Below, piece by piece: positions 1-10,453 of a DNA stretch of 64,000 bases. The DNA is from a virus. The DNA is taken from IMG/VR virus record IMGVR_UViG_3300035188_001379, positions 32,001 to 96,000 of that record; one strand, written 5' to 3'. Within the stretch, counting starts at the first letter, position 1. Each line of letters opens with the position of its first letter. The position numbers and the translations under genes were made by a program. The notes below the pieces were generated by a model. It saw only the letters and a list, made by a program, of their open reading frames with translations. It made no database searches and was not told the DNA's origin.

Positions 1-2401
1 GTTTGAAGAGAGCACTGACACTAGCAAGGCAGGCAAAGAGGATAACAAAAAAGCTAAAGAAAAGTTTGAGCAGACTAGTAAAAATACTTTTAAGCAGCTG
101 CAATCTGAGACGATGAGTGCTTTGGGTATTACTGAGAAGGAATACGTTCGTCGATACTTAGACAAGGACCAGAACGTAATGATGGATAAGCTAAAAGCCG
201 ACGTGGAAAAGTCTACTCAGCTTAATAGCGGAGAATCTGCGAGAGTAGCCGCAGACGCTACAGGTGCTTCTGGCTTTAGGCGCAAGGGGGTTAACTTTGA
301 AAATACCAGAGGTTTCAAGGTAGAAGATTTTACGTCAGCCTTCAGCAAGGCTGCTGAACTTAGGATGCTAGGTGACGCTCGAGGCAAGAGCCCGGAAGAG
401 ATGATGGACGCATTCTCAAAAAATGCTGGAGGCGTCATGTCTGCTGCACGCTCCCTTTTCGGCAATAAGTCTGGAGGAGAGCTAATGCAAAACTCTAGAG
501 ATTTGATGGGGCTAACCTCGATGGATCTGTCTTCTGAAGACGGAGCTAAGGATGTAGAAGATATGCTACGCAAAGTTAAGTCTACTGCTCGAGTAGCAGG
601 GCTTAGTGTAAAGCACATGCTAGGCATCATAGAAGCTACTCGTGATCTCGCCAGAAGCAACCCACAGCTGCAAAACATGAATCAAGGGTCGATCACTAAC
701 CTAGCTGTAGCCTCTACGATGCACGCAGCTTCTGCTGGCGCAAGAATGAGCTCAGCAGATTTCACGAGTGCTGGAGGAGGACAAGGCATAATGGCAGCCG
801 AGTCAAAGTCCTCCTTGGCCTTTGCGCAATCCGGTACAGGCAGGTTGATGGCTGTCGCTTTAGGGCAGGCTAAAGCAAAAGGCAGAGAAAAAGAAATGAT
901 GAAGCTTATCGAAGAAGGTAAATTCGACGCTTCGGCGTTAGCTAGAGGAAGTTACTCTGAGATAGCCTCTGTAGCCGGTTTGAGTACAGGCTCACTTTCG
1001 TATATGGCGAACGATCCCTTGGTAGCTCAACGCTATATGAAAGATAAAACTATAGCCGACACAGTTACCGGAGCAGCAGGAGATAAGCAAATCGCTAGGA
1101 CTATGTCCAGGGTCATAGCTAGAGGCGTTTTTGGGAAGAGCGGGCAAGAAGAAAAACTAGCAGATCTTTATAAGAAGTCTAAAGAAGCAGGGATGTCTGA
1201 CAGTGATTTCGAAACAAAGTACATAGACCCAAACCTTAATTCAGCTCAGCGCGCCGCCTTTCAAACACATAAAGTTAAGTTTTTCAGAGAAATGAGGGAC
1301 AGAAATCTGCCAGAGCCTGTAAAAAACGCGCTAACTAAAATCAGAGATGCTGATATGGAAGCAGCTAAGAAAACTTCCAAAGAAATGGAAGGAAAGACAG
1401 GCTCACTAGCTTCGCAAGCAATTTCTGCTTTTTTGAATAACGAGGGAATGGACAATATTGGAGATGCTCTCGTCGGGATGTTTGCCACGAACGGAGATGC
1501 CCGTAGCAAAGACTTGAATCAAAAAGCTCAAGACGCAGCTAAAGGGCTGTATGACAGCATTAGAGATAAAGGTAAAGGGACAGACAAAGAAAGGTTAGAT
1601 CGTATAGATGTTAAGGACAATAAGGGTGTCTCTGACCTAGACAGACTAAATCAAGTTATAGATGCGCAGAAAGACCAGGCAATGCAGACTGGAGATACCA
1701 CGCGAGCCTCTAAATTACAGCGTTTAACTAAAAAAGATATAGTTGCGTTGCAAAGGTCTAGCGGCGAGACGACAGCCGAAGGAGCCAAAAAAAGGCTGGA
1801 GGAATTGAGAGCCAGAAAGAACGCTGGCGAAGCTCTTAAACCTGAGCTGCAGCAGCAGATGGAAACTCTGGAGGCACAGGAAAAGCTCACAGGAGGCTTC
1901 ACAAATCAACAAGCCTATGAAGCCGTGTCGTCAAAGAAGATATCAGGGCTGGTAGGAGGGTTGTTGGTAGGAGGCAAAGCTTCTGCAGAAAAAGCCTCGT
2001 TGGAGGAGCGCAAAAAGGCAGCCTTTGCCACGATGGACAGTCAGCTCACAGAGCTGGCTAAAGACGATAAATCTATTGCCGCAGCTCAAGAGTTTTACAA
2101 AGACAAAGGAGGAGCACAGCAGCTTGCTGAAGATTTACAAAAAGGTAAGGGAATGTTTGCGGATAAGGCTACGCGTGATAAATATCGTCAGGGTAGTCTT
2201 GGAGCTATTGTGGAAGGCACAACTTCTGCGATAGCAAAAGAAGAAGAGCGGCTGAAAGGTTCAGGAGAATTACCTGCAGCTGAAGACGCAGCTACTGCAG
2301 GCTTTAAATCCGCCTTAGCTCCTATATTAGAAGCAATCAAAGGAGGAGACTCTCTTAAAGTCGCGATAGAGAAATTAGCGACAGCGATAGGAAGCTTTTA
2401 A
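1..2401 (+). CDS. Tail tape-measure-like protein, 5' truncated by window edge
   Basis: Frame of the 113..2401 ORF is open back to position 2; long Ala/Gly/Lys-rich helical low-complexity protein directly upstream of baseplate genes. Confidence 0.6.
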   Translation, partial: FEESTDTSKAGKEDNKKAKEKFEQTSKNTFKQLQSETMSALGITEKEYVRRYLDKDQNVMMDKLKADVEKSTQLNSGESARVAADATGASGFRRKGVNFENTRGFKVEDFTSAFSKAAELRMLGDARGKSPEEMMDAFSKNAGGVMSAARSLFGNKSGGELMQNSRDLMGLTSMDLSSEDGAKDVEDMLRKVKSTARVAGLSVKHMLGIIEATRDLARSNPQLQNMNQGSITNLAVASTMHAASAGARMSSADFTSAGGGQGIMAAESKSSLAFAQSGTGRLMAVALGQAKAKGREKEMMKLIEEGKFDASALARGSYSEIASVAGLSTGSLSYMANDPLVAQRYMKDKTIADTVTGAAGDKQIARTMSRVIARGVFGKSGQEEKLADLYKKSKEAGMSDSDFETKYIDPNLNSAQRAAFQTHKVKFFREMRDRNLPEPVKNALTKIRDADMEAAKKTSKEMEGKTGSLASQAISAFLNNEGMDNIGDALVGMFATNGDARSKDLNQKAQDAAKGLYDSIRDKGKGTDKERLDRIDVKDNKGVSDLDRLNQVIDAQKDQAMQTGDTTRASKLQRLTKKDIVALQRSSGETTAEGAKKRLEELRARKNAGEALKPELQQQMETLEAQEKLTGGFTNQQAYEAVSSKKISGLVGGLLVGGKASAEKASLEERKKAAFATMDSQLTELAKDDKSIAAAQEFYKDKGGAQQLAEDLQKGKGMFADKATRDKYRQGSLGAIVEGTTSAIAKEEERLKGSGELPAAEDAATAGFKSALAPILEAIKGGDSLKVAIEKLATAIGSF

Positions 2402-2418
2402 CCATAAAACTATAAAAT

Positions 2419-2862
2419 ATGCCAGCATCATTCGTAGATTCCGGGGGAGGAATATTTGGAAAAGGAGGAGGCGCACAAGGGCTTGTTACTGTGCCCTCAG
2501 TAGATGACATCGTTTCAAGTCAGGGCAATCTAGCGATCTACGACTCTGTGAGTGTACAGGTCAACGACACCATTCAATTCTTTTTAACCTTTGATGACAT
2601 TGTAAAGTATGTCTTTTTTGGTAAAGGTATTGGTTCGGTGGTGGCAGAAGGAACAATGTACTCAGCATGCGAAGGGGGCATACCTGGCTTAAGAGCCTGT
2701 GCAAGCGCAGTAGGGCAATTAAGAGGCCAAAAGGTTGATGTTTCTTTGGGCGGGTTCGCTGTATCAGCAATACTCACAAGCGCTCAAGTGACTGTGATTA
2801 GCGAGCCTGACATTATGGGTAGATTTGTTTTTAACTTCGCAGCTATCGACCACCACATGTAA
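2419..2862 (+). CDS. Putative tail/baseplate-associated protein
   Basis: 147 aa beta-rich ORF immediately after tape measure; function from position only. Confidence 0.5.
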   Translation: MPASFVDSGGGIFGKGGGAQGLVTVPSVDDIVSSQGNLAIYDSVSVQVNDTIQFFLTFDDIVKYVFFGKGIGSVVAEGTMYSACEGGIPGLRACASAVGQLRGQKVDVSLGGFAVSAILTSAQVTVISEPDIMGRFVFNFAAIDHHM

Positions 2863-2863
2863 T

Positions 2864-3808
2864 ATGGTAAATCACTTCGCATCTTTACTAAGCAACCTTA
2901 ACCTTTATGCCATGGCGCAGACTGCGGTAAGCTATCTGCTGGTCGCTAGCGACAACCATAATGTTGTCTCAAGCGACTCATATCTTATCGAACTTGCAGG
3001 AGAATATGAGAGATCTGCTGAAATGGTGCAACTGGTTAGTCCTATCGTAAATAGGAATTTTAATCAAATAGACCTTCCGCAGGAGCTAAAACCATTTTAC
3101 AATATTCTTTTTCCAGAGTCGGCTTCCAACTACTATAAACAGTTTTTGTTGTATTGCTACTTACGCATTGTAGATTCTACAGATCGCCGTGAAGAAATTA
3201 AGAAATATGACAACAGAGTGTCATATAATCTAGACCTAATTCGTGATTATTTTAAGTTTAACAGAGTCTACCTAGATGACACTAACCCGAAAGACTATAA
3301 GTTGCTGGTTTTTGGCAAGCTGCTCTCGAGCACGTCTGCAAATTTTTATTCCAACAGCTTTCTAATATCTCAAGTACCTAATACGCCAGGCGTACAGGTG
3401 TACTCTTCCACGCAAAATCAATTCTATAAACCTTTCAGTTTACCTACCCCATCATCAAATAATTCAACTATTACACTATCCTCAACCAGGGCAGGTATCA
3501 CCGATCCTGTTCCTGTGGGAGATACTGGGTTGTTTTTCAGTATTGTAGGCAGCTTTGATAACTTCCTGTCACCCTATTCGAGATCCTGGAAATTTACAGC
3601 TGAAGCGCCTTTTCATTTTGACTTTTCTGCCAAGATGGTAGAGTTTGAAAATTATCAGCATGTTGTGGATAAAATGCTGAACTATAGGAAAAGTGAATGC
3701 AATGCCTCGCACGAAAATCTATGGAATATGCATCACAGCGATGTTTATAGATTTGCTGGCTTATTGCTCGCTTACGTAGAACGAGTGAACTTAAATTATG
3801 CCAGCTAA
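2864..3808 (+). CDS. Hypothetical virion-module protein
   Basis: ATG at 2864, 1 nt after previous stop; tightly packed in tail operon. Confidence 0.6.
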   Translation: MVNHFASLLSNLNLYAMAQTAVSYLLVASDNHNVVSSDSYLIELAGEYERSAEMVQLVSPIVNRNFNQIDLPQELKPFYNILFPESASNYYKQFLLYCYLRIVDSTDRREEIKKYDNRVSYNLDLIRDYFKFNRVYLDDTNPKDYKLLVFGKLLSSTSANFYSNSFLISQVPNTPGVQVYSSTQNQFYKPFSLPTPSSNNSTITLSSTRAGITDPVPVGDTGLFFSIVGSFDNFLSPYSRSWKFTAEAPFHFDFSAKMVEFENYQHVVDKMLNYRKSECNASHENLWNMHHSDVYRFAGLLLAYVERVNLNYAS

Positions 3809-5420
3809 AGCAGAAGTCACAGTAACATCAGGCCTTCCCGGATCGGTCACAGGGGTGAGTATTACCTATCAGGTGGGTAGCATTCCTTATGCGACTATAG
3901 ATCTTATTACAGAAGGAGGCGCAGCTCTATTTAGTAGTTTAGAGCAGGACAAGCGAAAGCCCTACGATATTGATATCTCTTGTAAAGTACATTCGGGGCA
4001 AGATGAAGAAACCAGGACTTTGAAATTTGAAGGGGTACTGGACGGGTTGTCTGTTTCTAGTACTGTAGGTAGGTCGCATTTCCAGGCTGTGCTGAAGAGT
4101 AAAATGCAAAAGCTCCTTGAGCTCACGACATTGACTCCTGGCTTGTACCCGTCCTCGATCAACATATATAAAATGCCTGATTTTAGCGTGATTGCTGACG
4201 GGGACATGGTGACGTCTTGGGGTGTTTTTGACGAGGACGGTAAGCTCCCCTACGATAAGGAACCTATCGTTTTTTATACAGAATTACTTAAAACTATCCT
4301 CGAGCTACAAAGCGGAGATTTTCAGAAGTTTCTAGGTGTTGAGCCTTTGATGGATGAGTCGAAACCTTATCAAAAGCTATACAACGATAAGCGATATAAG
4401 AAGGCAGCAAAAGACGCTTTTGAGCTTTTTGACAAGAATGTAGATATATCTGCGGTTTCTGGAGGAGGGTCTGCAGCTGCAGGTGTTCCAGTTGTTTTTG
4501 ATAGCATTCAAAACATGTTCCTTAACGGGCCGAATGTTTTACTGGAAAACTACATGAATTTTTTGGCGCAGATGGGTTGCAGTTTAATTTTTGGTAACAC
4601 TAAAGTATGGGCTGTTCCCATGAACACTGTAATTAAACCTGCGGGAGGTTCTCCAGAAGGAGGAGGGAAGCTGCAAAGCGAACCAAATGCCGCAGGTCCT
4701 GCGGATTGTGTAGCCTATAGTTACAACGACGTAGGTTACAGAGACATTGCGTGCGTCATTGTTAATGGAGAAAATTTGGCAGGAGGCGTAGATATAGGTA
4801 CGCCAGCTTTCACAAGAGATCACTTAGCACACTTCATAGAAGAAGACGGGCTTTCTCAAGCTTCAGGGGTATTAGTAGTTAAAAATCATCCATGGATGGC
4901 AGCCTTTCCCACCAAAGCGGTTCCAGCTGACGCTGAAGAGACAAAAGAAAAGCTAGACCAGCAGGATAGCATGTATGAGTCTAAAAAAAGTTTTGACGAC
5001 GGCTCTGAAGAAGCAAAAGAAGTAGCTGAAGCTATTGAAAAGAAAAAAGAGGATATAGTTGATGCTGCTCAAGAGGTCCTTGAAAACTATGCACTTACTA
5101 AATTTCTACAAGCGCGCTACGGAGATCGCCAAGGGTCGATAACTCTAGACTTCAATCCTAAGTGGGTTCCAGGTACAGGGGGAACATTGTATGTGCGAGA
5201 AATCTCTACCACGCTATCTTTCTATGTTACAAGCGTTGTCCATCATATAGACCTATCTCCTCCCAATTCAGGTACAGCCATTACCACAGTTAGCTTCACT
5301 TGCGGCAGATCTGGCGATGGTCCTCAAGGAGCAAAAGAAGATAAGTTTTTGAACTACAACGCCGACAAAGAGAGCGACGTGCAAAAAGCTTTTTTAAAAG
5401 ATATAGGAGCAAGCGAATGA
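3798..5420 (+). CDS. Putative baseplate hub protein
   Basis: 540 aa; C-terminal G-S-I-T-L-D-F-N-P...PG...YVTSVVHHI pattern typical of hub/late-control proteins; position before gp25-like and baseplate J. Confidence 0.45.
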   Translation: MPAKAEVTVTSGLPGSVTGVSITYQVGSIPYATIDLITEGGAALFSSLEQDKRKPYDIDISCKVHSGQDEETRTLKFEGVLDGLSVSSTVGRSHFQAVLKSKMQKLLELTTLTPGLYPSSINIYKMPDFSVIADGDMVTSWGVFDEDGKLPYDKEPIVFYTELLKTILELQSGDFQKFLGVEPLMDESKPYQKLYNDKRYKKAAKDAFELFDKNVDISAVSGGGSAAAGVPVVFDSIQNMFLNGPNVLLENYMNFLAQMGCSLIFGNTKVWAVPMNTVIKPAGGSPEGGGKLQSEPNAAGPADCVAYSYNDVGYRDIACVIVNGENLAGGVDIGTPAFTRDHLAHFIEEDGLSQASGVLVVKNHPWMAAFPTKAVPADAEETKEKLDQQDSMYESKKSFDDGSEEAKEVAEAIEKKKEDIVDAAQEVLENYALTKFLQARYGDRQGSITLDFNPKWVPGTGGTLYVREISTTLSFYVTSVVHHIDLSPPNSGTAITTVSFTCGRSGDGPQGAKEDKFLNYNADKESDVQKAFLKDIGASE

Positions 5421-6049
5421 ACGACGTAGAAAAACTCATTAAAGAAAACAAAAAGCTTATAGACCTAGAGGCTGCAAGGTACGCCACAAACATACCTTTA
5501 ATCACAGTACAGATAGAGGCTTATAAACTGGCGCGTGAGGCGGCCAAAAGCTACAATCCTAACACAGGAGTTAAGTTCAGCACACATCTTGTTAATAGTC
5601 TTAAAAAACTGTCGAGACTATCCACTAAATATGGCGCTGTACTCCGCGTACCTGAGAATACTCAATTCGGTATCAACAAACTTCAAAAGCTCGAAAAAGA
5701 CCTCGAGCACTCCCTAGGAAGAACTCCCACGACTGAAGAGCTCGCTCATCACTCAGGGTTCAATGTGAAGGCTGTTACACACACACTACAGAGCCGTAAA
5801 ACAAGCGCAGGACTGTCATCACTGTTCGATGCGCCTTCCTTGTTCGACAGCGCTAATGATGAATGGGTGCAATTTGTTTATCATGACCTAGCAGACAAAG
5901 ATAAATTGATTTTTGAACACAAAACAGGGTTTGGAGGGAAAACTATTCTAGATAACGCTGCCTTAGCCAAGAAATTAAATTTGTCTACCAGTACGCTAAA
6001 TAATAGGTTAAAATTAATTAACTCTACACTAGCCAAAGGATGGAAATAA
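5417..6049 (+). CDS. Phage sigma-70-family RNA polymerase sigma factor
   Basis: Region 2 (AAKSYNPNTGVKFSTHL), region 3 (LRVP...LGRTPTTEELA), C-terminal HTH (NAALAKKLNLSTSTL). Confidence 0.85.
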   Translation: MNDVEKLIKENKKLIDLEAARYATNIPLITVQIEAYKLAREAAKSYNPNTGVKFSTHLVNSLKKLSRLSTKYGAVLRVPENTQFGINKLQKLEKDLEHSLGRTPTTEELAHHSGFNVKAVTHTLQSRKTSAGLSSLFDAPSLFDSANDEWVQFVYHDLADKDKLIFEHKTGFGGKTILDNAALAKKLNLSTSTLNNRLKLINSTLAKGWK

Positions 6050-6050
6050 C

Positions 6051-6464
6051 ATGTTCGACACTCTCATCAAGCTGCTTAATAAGCTTAAATCTTTTTTTGA
6101 AGATAAACTACCGTCTGGAAGGCTCAGCAATGATAGCTCAGGGCGCAAATGGTTTTTAGAGCATATTTCATATGAGGGAGAGCTTACGTTAGAAAAATTG
6201 CGAGAAATCACCGATCGTGGCGATTTGAACAGTCTTTTTGTTGAACGCTATGACGAAAAATCAGTAAAAGCCAAAAAAGGTATCAGCGCAGTAAAAGTAG
6301 AGATATCTGCCTTATACAGTTTTCAAAAATGTTTTGTGCAACGCTACAAAGGCAGACTGCATTTTTACAGAGACGATCTTTCTCAAAAAGGAGCCAGGAC
6401 CATGCACACCACCGGTAGGGCCTATGGACTTTTTAACGAGCTTAAAAAAAATCTAGACTCTTAG
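6051..6464 (+). CDS. Hypothetical protein
   Basis: 137 aa ORF filling gap in operon. Confidence 0.65.
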   Translation: MFDTLIKLLNKLKSFFEDKLPSGRLSNDSSGRKWFLEHISYEGELTLEKLREITDRGDLNSLFVERYDEKSVKAKKGISAVKVEISALYSFQKCFVQRYKGRLHFYRDDLSQKGARTMHTTGRAYGLFNELKKNLDS

Positions 6465-6467
6465 TTT

Positions 6468-6947
6468 ATGGCGATCGCAAGCATATCTACAAACTACACA
6501 AATCGCACTAAGGATATCAGCATACTGCAATACCCAGACGCATCTACTGTTGATGCTCAGATTGTATTACCTCAGTTTGGAGGCAACGCTAGGTTTTGTA
6601 CAGGCGTACAGAAGCTTATTCAGAAGTATGCGATTATTCTGCTTACAAACATAAAATCTCAACCGGCTTTTCCTACGTTTGGTACAAACTTTTTGTATAC
6701 CTTGCAGGCAGGTATATCTCCAGTAGACCGTGTGCGAGCTTCACAGATATTTGTTTTAGCCAGCTTCCAGGCAGTCACAGCCCTTAGAAGATATCAAGTG
6801 GCCAACCCATCTATTCCAGACGATGAAAAGATTGTACGGGCAGAGCTGGTAGGTCTAGATTTGTATGGAGGCTACGTAGGGTTCTCAGTAAATATAATTA
6901 CAGTAGCTGGAGACAACATTTCGTTCGTGGTACCTTTACCTAAGTAA
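6468..6947 (+). CDS. Baseplate wedge protein, gp25-like
   Basis: GVQKLIQKYAIILLT-x-KSQPAFPTFGTNF resembles gp25/GpW motif; precedes baseplate J. Confidence 0.6.
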   Translation: MAIASISTNYTNRTKDISILQYPDASTVDAQIVLPQFGGNARFCTGVQKLIQKYAIILLTNIKSQPAFPTFGTNFLYTLQAGISPVDRVRASQIFVLASFQAVTALRRYQVANPSIPDDEKIVRAELVGLDLYGGYVGFSVNIITVAGDNISFVVPLPK

Positions 6948-6950
6948 CAT

Positions 6951-8588
6951 ATGGCAGAGACAATTCAAAACACACTAGACCGCTTAACTGCATTCATTTC
7001 TCAAAATTATACAGACATTGAAGTAGGTCCTGGTTCTGTTATAAGCGAGCTACTCCTCAAAGTTGCGGCTAGTATTCATAACGAGCAGTATAATCTCATC
7101 GAAGGACTGCGGCAATCCTCGCATATTAGCAGCGTACTTGCAGCCACTGAAGACACCTATTCCCCTATAATGGATGCAGTGGCCTCTAACTATAACGTTA
7201 GCCGCGACACTGGTGCGTACGTTACAGGTAAAATAAAAGTAACTGTTAGTGCCTCTAACGAGTACAACCTGAGACAGGGGTTCGAGTTTGTCCAGCCCGG
7301 CTTGAACTTAAACTATACTCTTGTGAAAAACACTAGAGTGGTTGGAACAAAATCACTAACAACTTTAAATGAGGTGCAGCTGTTCAGCTCAAACGGAATG
7401 TTCTATTTCATTCTCGACGTAATCGCTGAAAATGTAGGACCGCAATATCAAGTACCTTCAGGAACAGTATTCTCACTGGCTCCTGATGGATATCTAAACA
7501 AGTTTGTAAAAGCTGAGGCATACGGCAACTTTTCTTCAGGTAAAAATGTAGATACCGATAAAGAGTTGGTAGCTAAAATAAAAACAAGTCTAGGCAATTC
7601 ACGACTTACTTCTGCTGCAGGTATCGCCAAAAACTTCTCAGAAAAATTTCCCAGCTTCCAGTACCTATCCATTTGTGGAGCAAACGACCCAGAGATGCTT
7701 AGGTCAAAGCAGAATGTTCTAGGTATTTCTACGTTTGGAAAAGCTGACGTTTATGTTCGTTCAAGCGTAGGGTTAGAATTAACTCACATCACGAAGTCAG
7801 CTACGAAAATTGCTGAAAATACATGGAGGCTGCAACTTTTCAACATAGACGTACCAGGATTTTATAGGATTCAATCCATTATACCTACCTCCAAACAGAT
7901 TAACCTAGGAGGTACATTGTTGCCCACAGCTGTAGATTACGGTTTCTCTATATACCCTAACTATAGGAATAATGAGATTGCCGCAGACACAATCGCAAAG
8001 AGTGTTAGTAACGCCAGATTCACCAAGTATCAAACTGCGACAGTCACATTTAATTATTCAGATCCTGAAAAGATAGCTATAGGGCAAACCGCTTCTTTTG
8101 AACTTCATATCAGTAATCAGCCTCATATCGCTGAGATGCAGGACTTGTTACTTTCTGACGAAAACCGACTAGCTTGCGCAGACTACCTAGTGAAGGCTGT
8201 TGTTCCTTGTATGGTGTCGCTGAACATCAATCTGATCAAGAAAAGAATTACCGACACATACGAATCTTTAAATATTCAGCAGCTAAAAAAAGACATATTC
8301 ACGTATGTTAACACTATTCCTTTTGGAGAAGAGCTGCATGCCTCTGCGTTAATCGACATTTGTCATAACTATGATATACGTAGAGTAGACTTGCCTATAA
8401 GCATGGAAGGTGTAATTATATGCCCAGACAATTCAACCATAACACTTGAAGACTCTGATGTGCTGGCTATCCCTACCGATATCGCTAGAGGAGTATCTCC
8501 GAAAACAACCGCGTACTTTATCGACTATTATCGAGTAGAGGCAGGTGTGACGCAACCCATCGACAATATAGGCTTAAATATTTCATAG
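6951..8588 (+). CDS. Baseplate J / gp6-like wedge protein
   Basis: GPGSVISELL N-terminus, A-E-N-V-G and FSSGKNVDTDKELVAKI motifs typical of Baseplate_J. Confidence 0.7.
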   Translation: MAETIQNTLDRLTAFISQNYTDIEVGPGSVISELLLKVAASIHNEQYNLIEGLRQSSHISSVLAATEDTYSPIMDAVASNYNVSRDTGAYVTGKIKVTVSASNEYNLRQGFEFVQPGLNLNYTLVKNTRVVGTKSLTTLNEVQLFSSNGMFYFILDVIAENVGPQYQVPSGTVFSLAPDGYLNKFVKAEAYGNFSSGKNVDTDKELVAKIKTSLGNSRLTSAAGIAKNFSEKFPSFQYLSICGANDPEMLRSKQNVLGISTFGKADVYVRSSVGLELTHITKSATKIAENTWRLQLFNIDVPGFYRIQSIIPTSKQINLGGTLLPTAVDYGFSIYPNYRNNEIAADTIAKSVSNARFTKYQTATVTFNYSDPEKIAIGQTASFELHISNQPHIAEMQDLLLSDENRLACADYLVKAVVPCMVSLNINLIKKRITDTYESLNIQQLKKDIFTYVNTIPFGEELHASALIDICHNYDIRRVDLPISMEGVIICPDNSTITLEDSDVLAIPTDIARGVSPKTTAYFIDYYRVEAGVTQPIDNIGLNIS

Positions 8589-8589
8589 C

Positions 8590-10428
8590 ATGCTCATTGA
8601 CTTCATACCTTCAAAATTCCCTGCAGGAGATGTTACAGACGGACAATATCTGTATCGTTCGCTGGGCTCTTTTTGGACACAGATATTCAGAGATAAGAAC
8701 GTTTTAAAAGGCTATACTATCGGAACAGCTGACGAACTTATTCAGTCTTACTTTAACCTAACGGAAGCGATCAAGCAGTACTCTGTTAAAGATATAGATA
8801 TTCTACATAAGGAAAAATGGCTGCCTCTCGTAATTAAGAAGTCCGAGTTTAACAACGCACCCTTTAAATTTACTTCCAACTCTGCTGTGTTTGGAAAGCA
8901 ACCCAACACAGATAGCTTTTATGCGGGACAAATATTCAGGTTCGGTTTCTCAAAAGAGACAGGAGGACAAGTCTACAGTTTTACACCTACTGTAGCATTA
9001 TCTAAATTTGGAGCTATAGCCAATAGAATCATAGCTCCTTCGCTTGTGCTGATCCCTGGTATAGATGTCGTAATGCAGGAAGGTACTCTGTATTTTACGG
9101 TAAATCTTTTTAACAATTCGAGAATACCTACAGCAAAAGTCATCGATGACTTCGGTTCTCCTGTAACTTTTAAAGACTCTAGAGGCGAAGTATTCGAAGA
9201 AGAATTTATTGTATTGTGGATGCATATGGCGGAAATAGATCAAGCCGCACTATACAATACATTCGGAGTGCTCCTGGACCTGAACCTACCTTCAGCAGAA
9301 AGCTATAAAGAAATACTTAAAGCGGTTTTTAACCTCTATGTGGAAGGTCCTACAGTTAGAGCACTAACGTCTGCGTTTGCCGCCTTGGCCAAGGCTCCTG
9401 TCATAATCGAGCCTGAAGAAATTGTTGATGACATATACGTAGACGATTATAACCAGTATGTGATTACAGATAAAAACGTCTACAAACTAGCATTGAACCA
9501 GAATATTTCCAGTGATGTGGCTAGAGGCGTTATTTTTTTTAGCGGAGAAATTTTAAGTGCAGATGTGTCGGTGTCTGACAGTGTTATTGATCCTATATGG
9601 TGGCAAAGCAAGGTACAGACAACCAAGCTTTCGTTTGCTTCACATATTTTTATTGCTGGTGTTAAAAATCAATTGTTTTTTGAAAACTCGCTTAAGCTTT
9701 TGACGTATACAGGAGCAGCTCCAAACCCACAGGACAAGAAGCTAATATTTCCTGTTCTTGGGAGAGACACTGACGTACAGCTATTCCAAGACTATATAAA
9801 TTTGCCTGAAAATAAAAACGAGCTAATCTCTTTGCTTAAATTTAAGCCGAATATAACTTCGTCGATAACAATCAATCCCATCGATTTTCTATTTAAAAAT
9901 CTTTTTAAGAACAACACCCTTTTTGTTAAGTTAGACTTCTACGAGCAGACCCAGCTCGAGCTTTTCGTGTCTTTGCTTCCTCTGCTGCAGTTCCACCTTC
10001 CGTCACATGTGTATTTGCTGCTGTATATCTCAATAACTCTACCGCAGGACACTCTCTCTAGATTGAATAGCGGATTAAAGATACATGCTTTCCCTGGAAG
10101 ACTTTTTAGCTTTGACGGCTCCGAGTACCTGACAGGTTCACGGCCGATACTTGGCAACGACGATCCCGACTACTACAAAGATTACCTAAATCGCCTTTTT
10201 TGTATCTCGCTAGGTCCTTACAGGAATGGGCAGCCGCTGCATGCGGACGGCACAGCAAAATTCAACAACGTCAATAACCTCGATGATCTGCAACTAAATC
10301 ATCCTATAGGTGTCACTGCTGGGACTATGCGTACAGACATACCTGCAAGCGTTCAACCTCCTGGAGAACCTTTTCCAAGACTTCCTTCAACCAGAGAGAT
10401 ACAATCAATCTTATTAATCGACTTTTAA
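8590..10428 (+). CDS. Putative baseplate wedge protein
   Basis: 612 aa after baseplate J; LGSFWT and YVEGPT motifs; function mostly positional. Confidence 0.45.
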   Translation: MLIDFIPSKFPAGDVTDGQYLYRSLGSFWTQIFRDKNVLKGYTIGTADELIQSYFNLTEAIKQYSVKDIDILHKEKWLPLVIKKSEFNNAPFKFTSNSAVFGKQPNTDSFYAGQIFRFGFSKETGGQVYSFTPTVALSKFGAIANRIIAPSLVLIPGIDVVMQEGTLYFTVNLFNNSRIPTAKVIDDFGSPVTFKDSRGEVFEEEFIVLWMHMAEIDQAALYNTFGVLLDLNLPSAESYKEILKAVFNLYVEGPTVRALTSAFAALAKAPVIIEPEEIVDDIYVDDYNQYVITDKNVYKLALNQNISSDVARGVIFFSGEILSADVSVSDSVIDPIWWQSKVQTTKLSFASHIFIAGVKNQLFFENSLKLLTYTGAAPNPQDKKLIFPVLGRDTDVQLFQDYINLPENKNELISLLKFKPNITSSITINPIDFLFKNLFKNNTLFVKLDFYEQTQLELFVSLLPLLQFHLPSHVYLLLYISITLPQDTLSRLNSGLKIHAFPGRLFSFDGSEYLTGSRPILGNDDPDYYKDYLNRLFCISLGPYRNGQPLHADGTAKFNNVNNLDDLQLNHPIGVTAGTMRTDIPASVQPPGEPFPRLPSTREIQSILLIDF

Positions 10429-10445
10429 CCTAGAGGCAATATAAT
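10418..10445 (+). promoter_or_regulatory. Putative sigma70 promoter TCGACT-16-TATAAT
   Basis: TATAAT at 10440-10445, 8 nt before ATG 10454. Confidence 0.35.
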
Positions 10446-10453
10446 ATAGTTTT

